64,000 bases of DNA from Desulfosudaceae bacterium (GTDB lineage: Bacteria; Desulfobacterota; Desulfobacteria; Desulfobacterales; Desulfosudaceae), in contig CAXXDV010000001.1 of NCBI GenBank assembly GCA_963674745.2, positions 416,001 through 480,000 of the forward strand, written 5' to 3'. The notes under the pieces were generated by a model. That model was not told where the DNA came from and searched no databases. It saw only the letters and a list, made by a program, of their open reading frames with translations. The translations under genes were made by a program, and so were the position numbers. Positions 1 through 9,612 of the stretch are shown here, piece after piece; positions within the stretch are counted from its first letter, which is position 1, and each line of letters starts with the position of its first letter.

Positions 1-805
1 CCCGCAAGGCCGAAAAAAAGGGGATTTGCGGGGCGTTGCCGGCGGTGATGTGAAGCTGGCGGGTGGGCATGGCCCGCATGACCGGCACACGGGGCTGCCA
101 GACCTTGTCAGGGTCCTTGAATATTTCAGTGGCCATAAGATTGACCGGCGCGGGAAGCACAGACGCGTCTTCAAGGGGGACCCAACCGTCCAGAAAACGG
201 GATCCAGGGATATCCCAGGTGCACAGGTCCCGGTCCACCATCTGGCGGGCAACGGTTTCATCAAGCAGCAGTTCAATGGTATCAAATCCTGCCTGGTGCC
301 ATTTGTCGGGCAAAATGGCTGTCCGAACGGTTACGTCCTTAACATAATCTAAAAGAGACCGGCTTTCAGCAAACACCTCGCGGATGCCGCGCATCAGATC
401 GATGACGCCGTCAAACGGCATGTTATAAAGGTCACGACAAAGCATACCCAGATCTTTTTCAATCACTTCGGCCGCTTCAAACACCGGCATGACCGAATAG
501 ACATAATCACCGGTATTGGTCATGGTGACACGATCGATGACCGGTTCCCGGGTCACCTGGACATTGCCTGTCCTGACATGAGTGACGGCGGCGGAGACAG
601 AACGGTTTGCTTCCTTGGCCGCAAAAACCTGTTTAATCGTGTCGATATTAATCCGCTCAGGCACCCGGATATCGCCCTTGATCAGAAAAGGGATGCGCTG
701 GATATTGTTTGCGTCGGGCTGCAACAGGTTGTGTTCCCGGCAGATTTCCCCCATACGGCCGGTCAGAAAATCCTGAGTGTTCTGTTTTTCCTTTAAATCG
801 TCCAT
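1..805 (-). CDS. luxC: LuxC-like acyl-CoA/acyl-protein reductase (runs off the window edge)
   Basis: Not in the ORF track because it has no stop in the window. Manual translation from ATG at 805 (GGAGG RBS at 811-815) is open to base 1: MDDLKEKQ...RAMPTRQLHITAGNAPQIPFFSALR. HIxAGNxP is typical of the LuxC/ALDH-like family, and the gene lies downstream of a LuxE-like gene. Confidence 0.7.
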   Translation of the reverse strand, partial: MDDLKEKQNTQDFLTGRMGEICREHNLLQPDANNIQRIPFLIKGDIRVPERINIDTIKQVFAAKEANRSVSAAVTHVRTGNVQVTREPVIDRVTMTNTGDYVYSVMPVFEAAEVIEKDLGMLCRDLYNMPFDGVIDLMRGIREVFAESRSLLDYVKDVTVRTAILPDKWHQAGFDTIELLLDETVARQMVDRDLCTWDIPGSRFLDGWVPLEDASVLPAPVNLMATEIFKDPDKVWQPRVPVMRAMPTRQLHITAGNAPQIPFFSALR

Positions 806-865
806 ACTTTCCTCCGAAAACATTAACTTATTTTTTTATGCTCTTTTTCAGCTTCGTTGGTTTAA

Positions 866-959
866 AGGGTTCAAGGATTCGAGGTTTCGAGGGGTCAAGG
901 GGTGTTGATGCCCTAATCTGTTTTGCTGTTCCCTCGACCCCTTGGCCCCTTGAATCCTG
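866..959. repeat. Octamer-repeat inverted-repeat element (GGTTCAAG/GATTCGAG/GGGTCAAG ... CTCGACCC/CTTGGCCC/CTTGAATC)
   Basis: Tandem degenerate 8-mers are followed by their reverse complements. Related copies occur at about 35281, 55218 and 57774. Confidence 0.75.
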
Positions 960-1005
960 ACAATCGCATCGGCTTAATTAACGAATTGGTTAAAGTCGTA
1001 ATTGG

Positions 1006-1128
1006 GATGGCAAAGTAAGAGGCTCAAAATCAAGGCGTGCAAATCTCGAGGAATGCAGCGTACAAAAAGTACGTGAACGACGAGAGATGAAGCGCAACGC
1101 AGAGTTTGAGCTTCTTTCGAAGCCATCA
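1006..1128. repeat. ~120-bp REP/MITE-like palindromic element
   Basis: Terminal inverted repeats GATGGC..AGAGGCTCAAA / TTTGAGCTTCT..GCCATC with an internal CGTAC-aaaaa-GTACG hairpin. A degenerate copy is at 55304-55370. Confidence 0.65.
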
Positions 1129-2553
1129 GGCATTTATCTTAGCCATAATCCCCCCACACCCCTTAACCTCGCGGCCGGCACTCCTTTCAATGGACAGAAT
1201 CATCGGTCCGGAACGGCCGCAGGGACAGGGTTGATTGACCCGCCGCACGGTATCACCGGTGATCAGAAACCCGGGATAACTTTCCGCAAAAGGGTCGATA
1301 ATGCCGAGGGTTCCCGTGACGTCATCTCCCTCAATGGGCTTGAGTGTTTCATCCAGAATGACCGTTTCAAAATGCGGCGGCACATGATAGCGTTTGTGGC
1401 TGCAGCGCAGCATCAGCCCGTGTATTTCCGTCATGGAATAGCCTTCGGCCACATACCTGGGCTCAAGGCCGAAGGTGTCGCTCAGCAACCCGATCAGTTC
1501 CTCTTCCGGAATCCGTTTACCGTCAAACGATTTCCAGCCTCCGCCGAAAATCACCCCGCTGCCTTTTTTCACTTTCAAGGTAATGTTTCTGGCCTTGATT
1601 TTCTGGCAGATCTCCAGCAGCAGGTAGGGGGTTCCGAAGATAATCACCCGGCGCCTCCGTCTGACGGATTTCTCCAGGGCATGGATCATGCGGTCGTAAT
1701 TTTCTTCCTTGTTTAAAACCGTTGCCTTCAGGAATTCATCAGCCAGGGCCTGCTCTTCAGGTGATCCGGCACCCCGGATAATGCCCCGCACCGCGGCCGG
1801 CGACAGATCCATGTCATACAGAAAAAAAGAAGAACCGCAGTATTTTCCGATTTCCTGGCCCACCAGCTGGATGCCCTGGTTGCCACCGGAAAAATTGCAG
1901 AAATACCCGTCAAAATCCTTTAAGAAAAAACGCCCGAAACGATCGGCCATATTCAAAAAGGTGTCCGGCGAAATCCGCTTGACCAGCAGTTTCAGCAGAG
2001 CATGCTTCCAGGCCGGAACCATGCCCTGCTCGGCGATCACCAGGGGAAGATAGATCAGCGGTGTTTTTAAAAAATGGTCCCAGGTGGGATTGTCCCGGGG
2101 AACAAAAGACATGTTGCCGGACGTTCCCGAAGAGAAGACCAGATTCATACCGTCTTCGGCCAGGCCATCGATCCACTGGTCAAGATTATTGATGTCCGGG
2201 GAGGGGTGGTTCAAATTCGCGGTACTGATTTGTGACAGCCAGGCGGTCATACCGGCAAAGTCCCGGGTGTCGATCAGGGCCTGTGGGTATGATTTAAAAA
2301 TATCGTCGGTCACCATGAGATTTGAAAGAATGTTATCAAACCCGGGATCTTCGACATCCATGTCGGCCATGTGGCAGACCTTTTGATAATAGGGAATCTT
2401 TTTCCGGTATCGCCGGTGATTGAGTTCAGCGGCCCGCCGTCTCAATTGCCGGGCCTTGTCTTCATCATGCGTTTTGTCCGCGGCCCAGTTCATTACCAGC
2501 CGTTTCAACCCGTCATGTACGGCCTTGAGTTCATGATCAATGGTTGTGTTCAT
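1126..2553 (-). CDS. luxE: LuxE-like acyl-protein synthetase (ANL superfamily)
   Basis: FSSGTSG P-loop-like motif, GGGWK, YSMTE, DPFAESYPGFLITGD, CPCGR and C-terminal R..GREVKGC are LuxE hallmarks. Confidence 0.8.
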   Translation of the reverse strand: MNTTIDHELKAVHDGLKRLVMNWAADKTHDEDKARQLRRRAAELNHRRYRKKIPYYQKVCHMADMDVEDPGFDNILSNLMVTDDIFKSYPQALIDTRDFAGMTAWLSQISTANLNHPSPDINNLDQWIDGLAEDGMNLVFSSGTSGNMSFVPRDNPTWDHFLKTPLIYLPLVIAEQGMVPAWKHALLKLLVKRISPDTFLNMADRFGRFFLKDFDGYFCNFSGGNQGIQLVGQEIGKYCGSSFFLYDMDLSPAAVRGIIRGAGSPEEQALADEFLKATVLNKEENYDRMIHALEKSVRRRRRVIIFGTPYLLLEICQKIKARNITLKVKKGSGVIFGGGWKSFDGKRIPEEELIGLLSDTFGLEPRYVAEGYSMTEIHGLMLRCSHKRYHVPPHFETVILDETLKPIEGDDVTGTLGIIDPFAESYPGFLITGDTVRRVNQPCPCGRSGPMILSIERSAGREVKGCGGIMAKINA

Positions 2554-2596
2554 ATCTCCCCTCCGCTATATTTTCAGACTGGAAACAATATTTTTG

Positions 2597-2648
2597 TTGA
2601 CAAAATTCATAATTTTGAATATGAGTAAGAATAATGAACACGGTTCAT
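2597..2648. promoter_or_regulatory. Divergent promoter region with candidate TetR operator
   Basis: TTGACA at 2597, palindrome CAAAATT-cat-AATTTTG (2601-2617) and palindrome ATGAAC-acg-GTTCAT (2634-2648) lie between luxE and tetR. Confidence 0.5.
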
Positions 2649-2674
2649 AATGTCAAGAAAAAAATGGGGGACAG

Positions 2675-3298
2675 GTGAAAACAACTGTTTTTAATCAGAT
2701 TCGGGCGCAGGAAAAAGAGAGCCGGCGACAGGTGATCTCCGCCCTGGCCGAGGAGATACTGGCCCAAAAGGGTATTACCGGCGTTACCATCCGCGATGTG
2801 GCTGAAGCCGCCGGCCTTTCTACCGGCGCCATTTATATGTATTTTAAAAACAAGGAAGAAATTTTTGTGCACATCCTGGCCAACGGCTTGCAGAAGCTGG
2901 AGCAGGACCTTAAAAAAAGCATGGTCCATGAAAACCTGCCGGATATCCTCAGGTCCATGGCCGAACATTACAAAACCTATTACCTTAAAATCGGTAAATA
3001 CATCGACCTGGTTGAACTCCTGACCGAAGACGGCGAGGGGACGACTAAAGTTGAGGCCGACCTCATGCAGACCCTCCGGGATCAACTGGCGTCCATTTTC
3101 GAATGGCTGGAAAAACAGATGGCACAACCGGAAATCGCCAGACAATTAAAAGGGGTCCCGCCCAAACGGGTGGTGCCGGTGTTGTGGAGCATGGTCACGG
3201 GTTTAAGCCATATCACCCTGCCCTCACCCCGCTCCCGGGAAGGTGGCTTTGATTTTGATCAGACCCTGGAAGACATGATGACAATCATAATGAAATAA
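2675..3298 (+). CDS. TetR/AcrR family transcriptional regulator
   Basis: N-terminal HTH GITGVTIRDVAEAAGLSTGAIYMYFKNKEEI. Confidence 0.92.
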   Translation: MKTTVFNQIRAQEKESRRQVISALAEEILAQKGITGVTIRDVAEAAGLSTGAIYMYFKNKEEIFVHILANGLQKLEQDLKKSMVHENLPDILRSMAEHYKTYYLKIGKYIDLVELLTEDGEGTTKVEADLMQTLRDQLASIFEWLEKQMAQPEIARQLKGVPPKRVVPVLWSMVTGLSHITLPSPRSREGGFDFDQTLEDMMTIIMK

Positions 3299-3889
3299 TT
3301 ACGACTGCACCATTCCCAACGCCCACTTTGCTTTATCTACTTCAGGCGCTTGGTATGCTTTCATCTTTTGAATCAATATTTCCGGATCATGGTCCATGAG
3401 CACCAATGAACGGCAATCTTTTCCGATGAACCGCTGACTTACCGCATGGTCTAAAAAGTCTGTCAGTCTGTCAAAATAGCCATTGACGTTTAAAATTCCG
3501 CACGGCTTCTGGTGAATGCCCAGTTGTGCCCAGGTTAACACTTCAAAAAACTCCTCTATGGTGCCGAGGCCGCCCGGCATCGCGATAAAGCCGTCAGACA
3601 GTTCAGCCATCAGCGATTTTCTTTCGTGCATGGTATCGACAACACGCAAATCCGTCAGGTAGGTACAGGCCACTTCTTTGTCAAAAAGCGCTTTGGGTAT
3701 GACGCCGACGACTTCCCCGTTGTTTTCCATAAAGGTATTGGCGATAACGCCCATCAATCCCACACCGGCACCACCGTAAACCAGAGAAAGATTATGGCCG
3801 AGCAGCGCCAGGCCCAGCTTTCCGGCCGCATCCATGTATTGATCGCCTGTTCCTGGACTCGATCCACAAAAAACACATATCCGTTTCAT
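3299..3889 (-). CDS. LOG family nucleotide phosphoribohydrolase (TIGR00730-type)
   Basis: ICVFCGSS, VYGG, MHERK and PGGLGTIEE motifs. Confidence 0.92.
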   Translation of the reverse strand: MKRICVFCGSSPGTGDQYMDAAGKLGLALLGHNLSLVYGGAGVGLMGVIANTFMENNGEVVGVIPKALFDKEVACTYLTDLRVVDTMHERKSLMAELSDGFIAMPGGLGTIEEFFEVLTWAQLGIHQKPCGILNVNGYFDRLTDFLDHAVSQRFIGKDCRSLVLMDHDPEILIQKMKAYQAPEVDKAKWALGMVQS

Positions 3890-3905
3890 ATCAATCCTTT
3901 GAATT

Positions 3906-4256
3906 TTATTTCAGCTTGGGATTGTTTCGCTGACGATCTTTATCCCGCCCGGTCTTTTTCTCAAAATTCTTTTCAATGGCCCGGGTCAGGTCTACCCCGG
4001 TCTGGTTGGCCAGGCAGCACACCACAAACAGAACATCCGCCAGTTCATCGGCCAGGTCGGAAGGCTCGTCGCCGGGTTTGGCGCACTGGTCCCCATAAGT
4101 CCGGGTCAGGATCCGGGCCAACTCCCCGACTTCTTCCATGAGAATGCCGAGGTTGGTCAACTCGCTGAAATAACGAACACCCAACGTCCGAATCCATTGA
4201 TCCACCTGCGCCTGATAATCGTTTATGGTCAATTCACCCGGTCGATCTTTTTTCAA
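3906..4256 (-). CDS. MazG-like nucleotide pyrophosphohydrolase (YpjD-type)
   Basis: LMEEVGELAR and LADELADVLF motifs; TTG start with GGAGG RBS. Confidence 0.9.
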   Translation of the reverse strand: MKKDRPGELTINDYQAQVDQWIRTLGVRYFSELTNLGILMEEVGELARILTRTYGDQCAKPGDEPSDLADELADVLFVVCCLANQTGVDLTRAIEKNFEKKTGRDKDRQRNNPKLK

Positions 4257-4353
4257 ATCAAACCTCCTGCCTGAAGATTAACCGCCAACACGTCTGCCAA
4301 AAAAAATGAACACAACGCCGACAGGGAGTAAAAAGCAATTTTCTAAGCGGTTC

Positions 4354-5400
4354 TTAAGGTTCGCACGCCTGTATCGCCTGAATCCGCTCGGCCAGGACCT
4401 CTTCCAGGCTGCGCTCTCCCATCAGCATCAACTCTACGATCTGACCGTCTTTTAAAAGCTTTTGCCCCAGATCGGGGCGGGCGGCCAGCATGCGGGCCAG
4501 TTCCGGGTCGTTGAGCCATTTTTCCGGATCCGGACTTTCGAACATGATTTTAAAGCCATTCTTGATTTCGGCCAGGACACGGGCATAAGTCACCCCGCCG
4601 GTGCAGATGCGTTCGATCGCCTGCGGATCTGAAAAAATCAGCCCCGCTACTCTGGCGTTATCAAAATATCCGGCCAGGCGTTTTTTGAGAATACGCTCGA
4701 CAGCCGCCCGGTCCTTGATCATTCTTTCCACTTTTCTGAAGTCGGCCGTAGTCCGGGCCCGTTTTTCATAAACAGGATCCGTCACCATTTCCCGTATGCC
4801 TTCCAGGTTCTGCAAAGGATGCCAGCGGGCCCGCCAGTTGGCCAGCCCTTTGGGAAGGTCCCCGCCTGAATCCACCCGCTGGGAATAGCTGACCCGCGTC
4901 TTATCACGGCCGATGTATTCCAGAAGATAGCTGCCGTTTAAAAACGGCACGCGCACCAGATCCCTGTCTTCCGGCCGATTCGGCTCGTTTATGCCTTTAA
5001 AGCGGATCATGCAGCGGGCGTTTTCATCATCGAATTCCATATCATTGCGCACATACACCACCCTGTCTTTAATCGGCCAGGGGGTACAGGTGACAATCCG
5101 GACCACCATCCGATAATAATCGAGATCACGTATGACTCCGGCCTCTTTGCAGTCAGCCAACCACATGGGATAACTTGGGATATCACGCAACACCTGGCCG
5201 ACGACTTCGATTTTGGCATCAACCAGGGCCACGGCCTTAAATTCGCGGATAGGGGAATCCGGATAGGTTCGCTGAAAGCCGTAGACACCGTCTTTCTCGT
5301 AAATGGGAATCCATTCGGAGGGATTGTCCGCCCGGGAAGGACCCGTTAAAAAAAATAATACACATAACGCGACAACCGTCATTTTTATTTTCTCAAACAT
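4354..5400 (-). CDS. Exported START-domain lipid-binding protein with C-terminal helical extension
   Basis: Signal-peptide-like N-terminus from ATG 5400; START features W..IYEKDG, REFKA, YPMWLADCKE, TPWPIKDR, VDSGGDLP. Confidence 0.75.
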   Translation of the reverse strand: MFEKIKMTVVALCVLFFLTGPSRADNPSEWIPIYEKDGVYGFQRTYPDSPIREFKAVALVDAKIEVVGQVLRDIPSYPMWLADCKEAGVIRDLDYYRMVVRIVTCTPWPIKDRVVYVRNDMEFDDENARCMIRFKGINEPNRPEDRDLVRVPFLNGSYLLEYIGRDKTRVSYSQRVDSGGDLPKGLANWRARWHPLQNLEGIREMVTDPVYEKRARTTADFRKVERMIKDRAAVERILKKRLAGYFDNARVAGLIFSDPQAIERICTGGVTYARVLAEIKNGFKIMFESPDPEKWLNDPELARMLAARPDLGQKLLKDGQIVELMLMGERSLEEVLAERIQAIQACEP

Positions 5401-5592
5401 GTGCACATCCTGAAAAATACAACGTGTTAAACCGGAACAAAACAGTGAATATAAAGCTGACTGTTTAGCATATAAATATTTTGCATGCAAGGATCGGTTC
5501 TGGGGGGATATTATGGTAGAATTATCAATCACGAACCGTTTATTTTTTCAGATAAGGAATGAACCTCAGCAACAATCGACAAAGGGGGCGCC

Positions 5593-6237
5593 ATGAATTA
5601 TTTTAAAAATCTGGCCGGAAACGGCATAAACGTCGAACCGCCGGAGACAAAGGTCCTGGGGGTCGGCGGAAGCCCCAGGAAAGGCGGTAATTCCGATGTC
5701 CTCCTGGATGGCGTGCTAAAGGGGGTCACCGCCCGTGACATCAGCGCCGTTACGGTTCATCTCCGGGATCATCAGTTTACAGGCTGCATCGGGTGTGAAA
5801 AATGCCGAAAAGATAAAATCTGTACCGGCTTGAAAGACGGCATGTCCCTTGTTTACCCGGACCTGATTGAATCCCGGGGCCTGGTGCTGGCCTGCCCCAC
5901 CCACAACTACAATATCACGGCCTGGATGAAAGCCTTTATCGACCGGATGTATTGTTTTTATCATTTTGATAAAAACCGGCCCCGTGGATGGTCGAGCCGC
6001 CTGGCCGATCAGGGTCGCAAGGCGGTGCTGGTGGCCGTCTGCGAGCAGGTCAATAAAGCAGACATGGGTTTCACCCTTGAGGCCATGCGGGTTCCCCTGA
6101 CCGCCCTGGGATATAAAATCATCGGTGAGCTGCCGGTGTTCGGCATTTTCGACAAAGGAAAAGTCAAAAAACACGACGACATCCTGGCAAAAGCCGGGAA
6201 GCTTGGCGCTGATCTGGCGGAATCGCTTGCGGCGTAA
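5593..6237 (+). CDS. Iron-sulfur flavoprotein (flavodoxin/NADPH-dependent FMN reductase family)
   Basis: GSPRKGGNS, CIGCEKC.....C, and KAFIDR motifs. Confidence 0.88.
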   Translation: MNYFKNLAGNGINVEPPETKVLGVGGSPRKGGNSDVLLDGVLKGVTARDISAVTVHLRDHQFTGCIGCEKCRKDKICTGLKDGMSLVYPDLIESRGLVLACPTHNYNITAWMKAFIDRMYCFYHFDKNRPRGWSSRLADQGRKAVLVAVCEQVNKADMGFTLEAMRVPLTALGYKIIGELPVFGIFDKGKVKKHDDILAKAGKLGADLAESLAA

Positions 6238-6263
6238 TCTTATTAAAAAAGAAAGGAAAGCCC

Positions 6264-6866
6264 ATGAAAATCATCGGCATCAATGCCAGCCCGAGAAAAA
6301 ACGCCAATACAGAGACCCTGGTGAATACGATGTTGGCGGGCGCCGCGGAAAAAGGCGCCGAAACCCGGCTGGTTAACCTGCGGGACCTGACAATCAACGG
6401 CTGCCGTGGCTGCGAAGGCTGCAAAAAGCAGTTGGGCAAGTGCGTCCAGAAAGATGATTTAACCACCCTGATGCAGGACATGGCCGGTTATGACGCCATT
6501 ATTCTGGGAACGCCGGTATACTGGTACCATGTATCCGCGCAGTTCAAAATGCTGGCCGACCGGCTGTACAGTTTTATCGAGATCAGCGAAGACCCGGAAA
6601 CCGGCGAGCAGTCTTTCAAATCCGCATTTCCGGCCGGCAGAAAAATGGTCCTGGTCATTTCCCGCGGCGATCCGGAACCGCCGGCGGCCTTTTCTCAGTT
6701 TTACGACCACCTCAATGAATGGCTGAACGTTATTCCGTTGTCATTGGGGGCCGGGCACTATGAAATTTTTCATCAATACGGGGCCCACCTGGACCGGAAA
6801 GCGGCCAAAAACGACTCAGACTTGCTTGAAAAAGCCCGGGCCACCGGCGCCGGCCTGGTGGATTAA
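6264..6866 (+). CDS. Iron-sulfur flavoprotein (second tandem paralog)
   Basis: ASPRKNANT, CRGCEGC......C.QKDD, GTPVYW, and K...DR motifs. Confidence 0.88.
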   Translation: MKIIGINASPRKNANTETLVNTMLAGAAEKGAETRLVNLRDLTINGCRGCEGCKKQLGKCVQKDDLTTLMQDMAGYDAIILGTPVYWYHVSAQFKMLADRLYSFIEISEDPETGEQSFKSAFPAGRKMVLVISRGDPEPPAAFSQFYDHLNEWLNVIPLSLGAGHYEIFHQYGAHLDRKAAKNDSDLLEKARATGAGLVD

Positions 6867-6990
6867 GGATAATCCCCCCCATTTGACCCGGATATTTCAC
6901 GAGTCGTTTTAGGCCTTGGCCGCTTGGGCATACCTGCACGGCGCAGGTCGAACATTACATTATCTACCGCGAGCGGCCTGTCTCACAACT

Positions 6991-7125
6991 CGTCATCCCG
7001 CCAGTGGAACAAAGTGGAACGCTGACCGGCGCCACTCCTCGTCATCCCGGCCAGTGAAGCAACGGAACGCCCTCTCTTCGTCATCCCGGCCAGTGGAGCG
7101 AAGCGGAACGTGAGCCGGGATCCAG
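6991..7125. repeat. Three tandem REP-like units CGTCATCCCG(G)CCAGTG..GGAACG, the last closed by CCGGGATCCAG
   Basis: Copies start at 6991, 7040 and 7079. The third forms an ATCCCGG/CCGGGAT stem. Confidence 0.8.
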
Positions 7126-7213
7126 TATAAAATTGATATGATACATTCACTTTACAAATGTTCTTTCAAGTGCCTTCCGGACTCCCCTTCAATATATGGT
7201 GGCTTCAAAAATA

Positions 7214-7242
7214 TTGACCCACAAGACCGACCTTGCTATAAA
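7214..7242 (+). promoter_or_regulatory. Candidate sigma-70 promoter of the RM-like operon
   Basis: TTGACC-N17-TATAAA with TG at the extended -10 position. Confidence 0.5.
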
Positions 7243-7331
7243 TATTGAGGGCTTATAAGGGGTTGGAACGCCACCGGATCATTCCTTGAAACAGATTAAA
7301 AGCGCCTACCGCACAGGGAATTGAATATTTT

Positions 7332-7979
7332 ATGGAATCGCAGGTCATATCAAAGAAACGGGTTGCTGATCATGGCGAAGTATTGACCGGAAACCGTGAG
7401 GTCAACGCCATGCTCGATCTGGTCAAGCAGGAAACAGAACGGATCGAATCGCGGTTTCTTGAACCGGCTTGCGGCACCGGGAATTTTCTGGCCGTGATCC
7501 TGGAAAGAAAGCTGGCGGTGGTCGAAAAGCGATACGGCAAGTCCCAACTGGACTTCGAACGTTACGCCGTCCTCGCTGTTTCATCCATCTACGGCGTTGA
7601 TATTCAGAAAGATAATGTCGAGCACTGCCGGCAACGGCTCTTCGGAATATTTGACCTGGCCTATCTGCGGTTGTTCAAGCACAAGACCAACGACGATTGC
7701 CGGGAGGCGGTGCGTTTTATTCTGGAAAAAAACATCGTCTGGGGCGATGCCCTTGATTTTAAGACCAAAGACAAGCCCCGGATGCCGATTCGCTTTTCCG
7801 AGTGGTCGCCGGTAAACGGCAGCATGCTCAAACGGCGGGACTTCATGTTGTCGTTTCTGGTGGAAAAACAGCATCAAATGCTGCTGTTCAGCGACGAAGG
7901 CGACGTTGCCGACTTAAACGAGCCTGTCAGGGAATACCCCCCGGTCCACTTCCTGGAGATCGCCCATGCTCAACAATAG
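7332..7979 (+). CDS. Short SAM-binding DNA methyltransferase-like subunit (no NPPY motif)
   Basis: HGEVLT, FLEPACGTGNF (motif I), IYGVDI, and NIVWGDAL. No [ND]PP[YF] catalytic motif in 215 aa. Confidence 0.8.
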   Translation: MESQVISKKRVADHGEVLTGNREVNAMLDLVKQETERIESRFLEPACGTGNFLAVILERKLAVVEKRYGKSQLDFERYAVLAVSSIYGVDIQKDNVEHCRQRLFGIFDLAYLRLFKHKTNDDCREAVRFILEKNIVWGDALDFKTKDKPRMPIRFSEWSPVNGSMLKRRDFMLSFLVEKQHQMLLFSDEGDVADLNEPVREYPPVHFLEIAHAQQ

Positions 7980-9510
7980 CGGCTACAATCCCGACGTGCT
8001 GTCCTGCATTGCCAACCTCTCCAGTGACGAGGTATTCACGCCGCCGCAACTGGCCAACCGGATTTTAGACCTGCTACCGGCAAAGATCTGGTCCGACCAA
8101 AAAGCCACGTTTCTGGATCCCGGCTGCAAGTCCGGCGTATTTCTGCGGGAGATCGCCAAGCGCCTGGACAAAGGACTGGAGAAAAAAATCCCCGCTCGGC
8201 AGAAACGGATCGACCACATCTTCAAAAACCAGCTTTACGGGCTTGCCATCACCGAACTGACCGCCCTGCTCTCGCGCCGGTCCGTCTATTGCTCCAAGAC
8301 AGCCAACGGCCGCTATTCCGTGTGCGACGCTTTTGACCGCCCGGAAGGCAACATCCATTTTGCGCGGGTGGAACATGCCTGGAAAAACGATCGTTGTCTA
8401 TACTGCCGAGCCGGCAAGAAGACCTACGAGCGGGGCGGTGATCTGGAAAGCCACGCCTATGCCTTTATCCATACAGAAAACCCGGAGGAACTTTTTCATA
8501 TGAAATTTGATGTCATTATCGGAAATCCCCCATACCAGTTGAGCGACGGAGGTTACGGAGAAAGCGCGCGACCGATCTACCACCTGTTCGTTGAGCAGGC
8601 AATGAAACTCAAGCCTCGCTACCTGACGATGATCATTCCCTCCCGATGGTTTGCCGGTGGCAAGGGCTTGGACGAATTCCGCCGCAAGATGCTCCATGAT
8701 CATCGCATTTCCCACCTGGTCGACTATCCCAAACTCTATGACGGATTTCCCGGCGTAAAGATCCGTGGCGGTGTCTCCTACTTCCTCTGGGAACGCGACT
8801 ACGATGGCCCCTGCTCGGTGCAAACCATGTGGGACGGCCAACCGCTCGGCCCACCTATGAAACGGCGCCTGGACACCTACGATGTTCTGGTCCGTCGGAA
8901 CGAGGCGGTCTCCATTCTGGACAAGGTCCGCGCCTACCGTGTCAAAGGAAAGCCTGAGACGACACTGGATGCGCGAGTGTCCTCAATGAAACCATTTGGC
9001 CTACGCACCTTTTTCCATGGCGCTGATTCACCTAAAGGCTTAAAAACTCCGGTGAAGTTATATGGATCACAACGTATTTCTTGGATCGACCGCTCGGACA
9101 TCCCACAAAATCCGGAATGGATTGACGAATGGAAGGTCTTGATGTCACGTGTTCAAGGTACCAGCTCTGCGGTTGAGACTATGTTTCTGAGTAAACCCAT
9201 CATTTCTGGGCCTGGAGAAGCCTGCACGGAGACTTATTTGGTCGCCGGCAGGTTTAAAAGCAAATTGAAGGCCGAACGATATGCGGCATATCTGCGGACG
9301 CGCTTTGTCCGGTTTCTTGTGTCGTTGCGCAAGTCAACACAGGATGCCGCAAAGCATGTCTATGCATTTGTCCCAGACATTCCCCTTGACCGCGAATGGA
9401 CCGACGAAAAACTCTATAAGCGGTATGGCCTGACCAAGGATGAAATCGCATTCATCGAAAAGATCGTCCGCCCGATGCCGGCCGACAGCGACGAGGCAGG
9501 CGATGCCTAA
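7966..9510 (+). CDS. Eco57I-type N6-adenine DNA methyltransferase
   Basis: DEVFTPP, FLDPGCKSGVF (motif I), FDVIIGNPPY (motif IV), IIPSRW, and C-terminal LYKRYGLTKDEI. Confidence 0.88.
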   Translation: MLNNSGYNPDVLSCIANLSSDEVFTPPQLANRILDLLPAKIWSDQKATFLDPGCKSGVFLREIAKRLDKGLEKKIPARQKRIDHIFKNQLYGLAITELTALLSRRSVYCSKTANGRYSVCDAFDRPEGNIHFARVEHAWKNDRCLYCRAGKKTYERGGDLESHAYAFIHTENPEELFHMKFDVIIGNPPYQLSDGGYGESARPIYHLFVEQAMKLKPRYLTMIIPSRWFAGGKGLDEFRRKMLHDHRISHLVDYPKLYDGFPGVKIRGGVSYFLWERDYDGPCSVQTMWDGQPLGPPMKRRLDTYDVLVRRNEAVSILDKVRAYRVKGKPETTLDARVSSMKPFGLRTFFHGADSPKGLKTPVKLYGSQRISWIDRSDIPQNPEWIDEWKVLMSRVQGTSSAVETMFLSKPIISGPGEACTETYLVAGRFKSKLKAERYAAYLRTRFVRFLVSLRKSTQDAAKHVYAFVPDIPLDREWTDEKLYKRYGLTKDEIAFIEKIVRPMPADSDEAGDA

Positions 9511-9612
9511 GCCAAAAAACAAAATTCCGGCGGACAAACCGGAGGCGCTTTTCCGGTCGCATTACCGCCCGCGTCAATCTCCAACACCTATGGATAGAAC
9601 AGGAGGTCATGG

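Noticed and set aside
6991..7125. Possible mini-CRISPR array
   Set aside because: Only three degenerate units with short, unequal spacers (about 8-17 nt) and no cas genes; fits REP-like repeats better.
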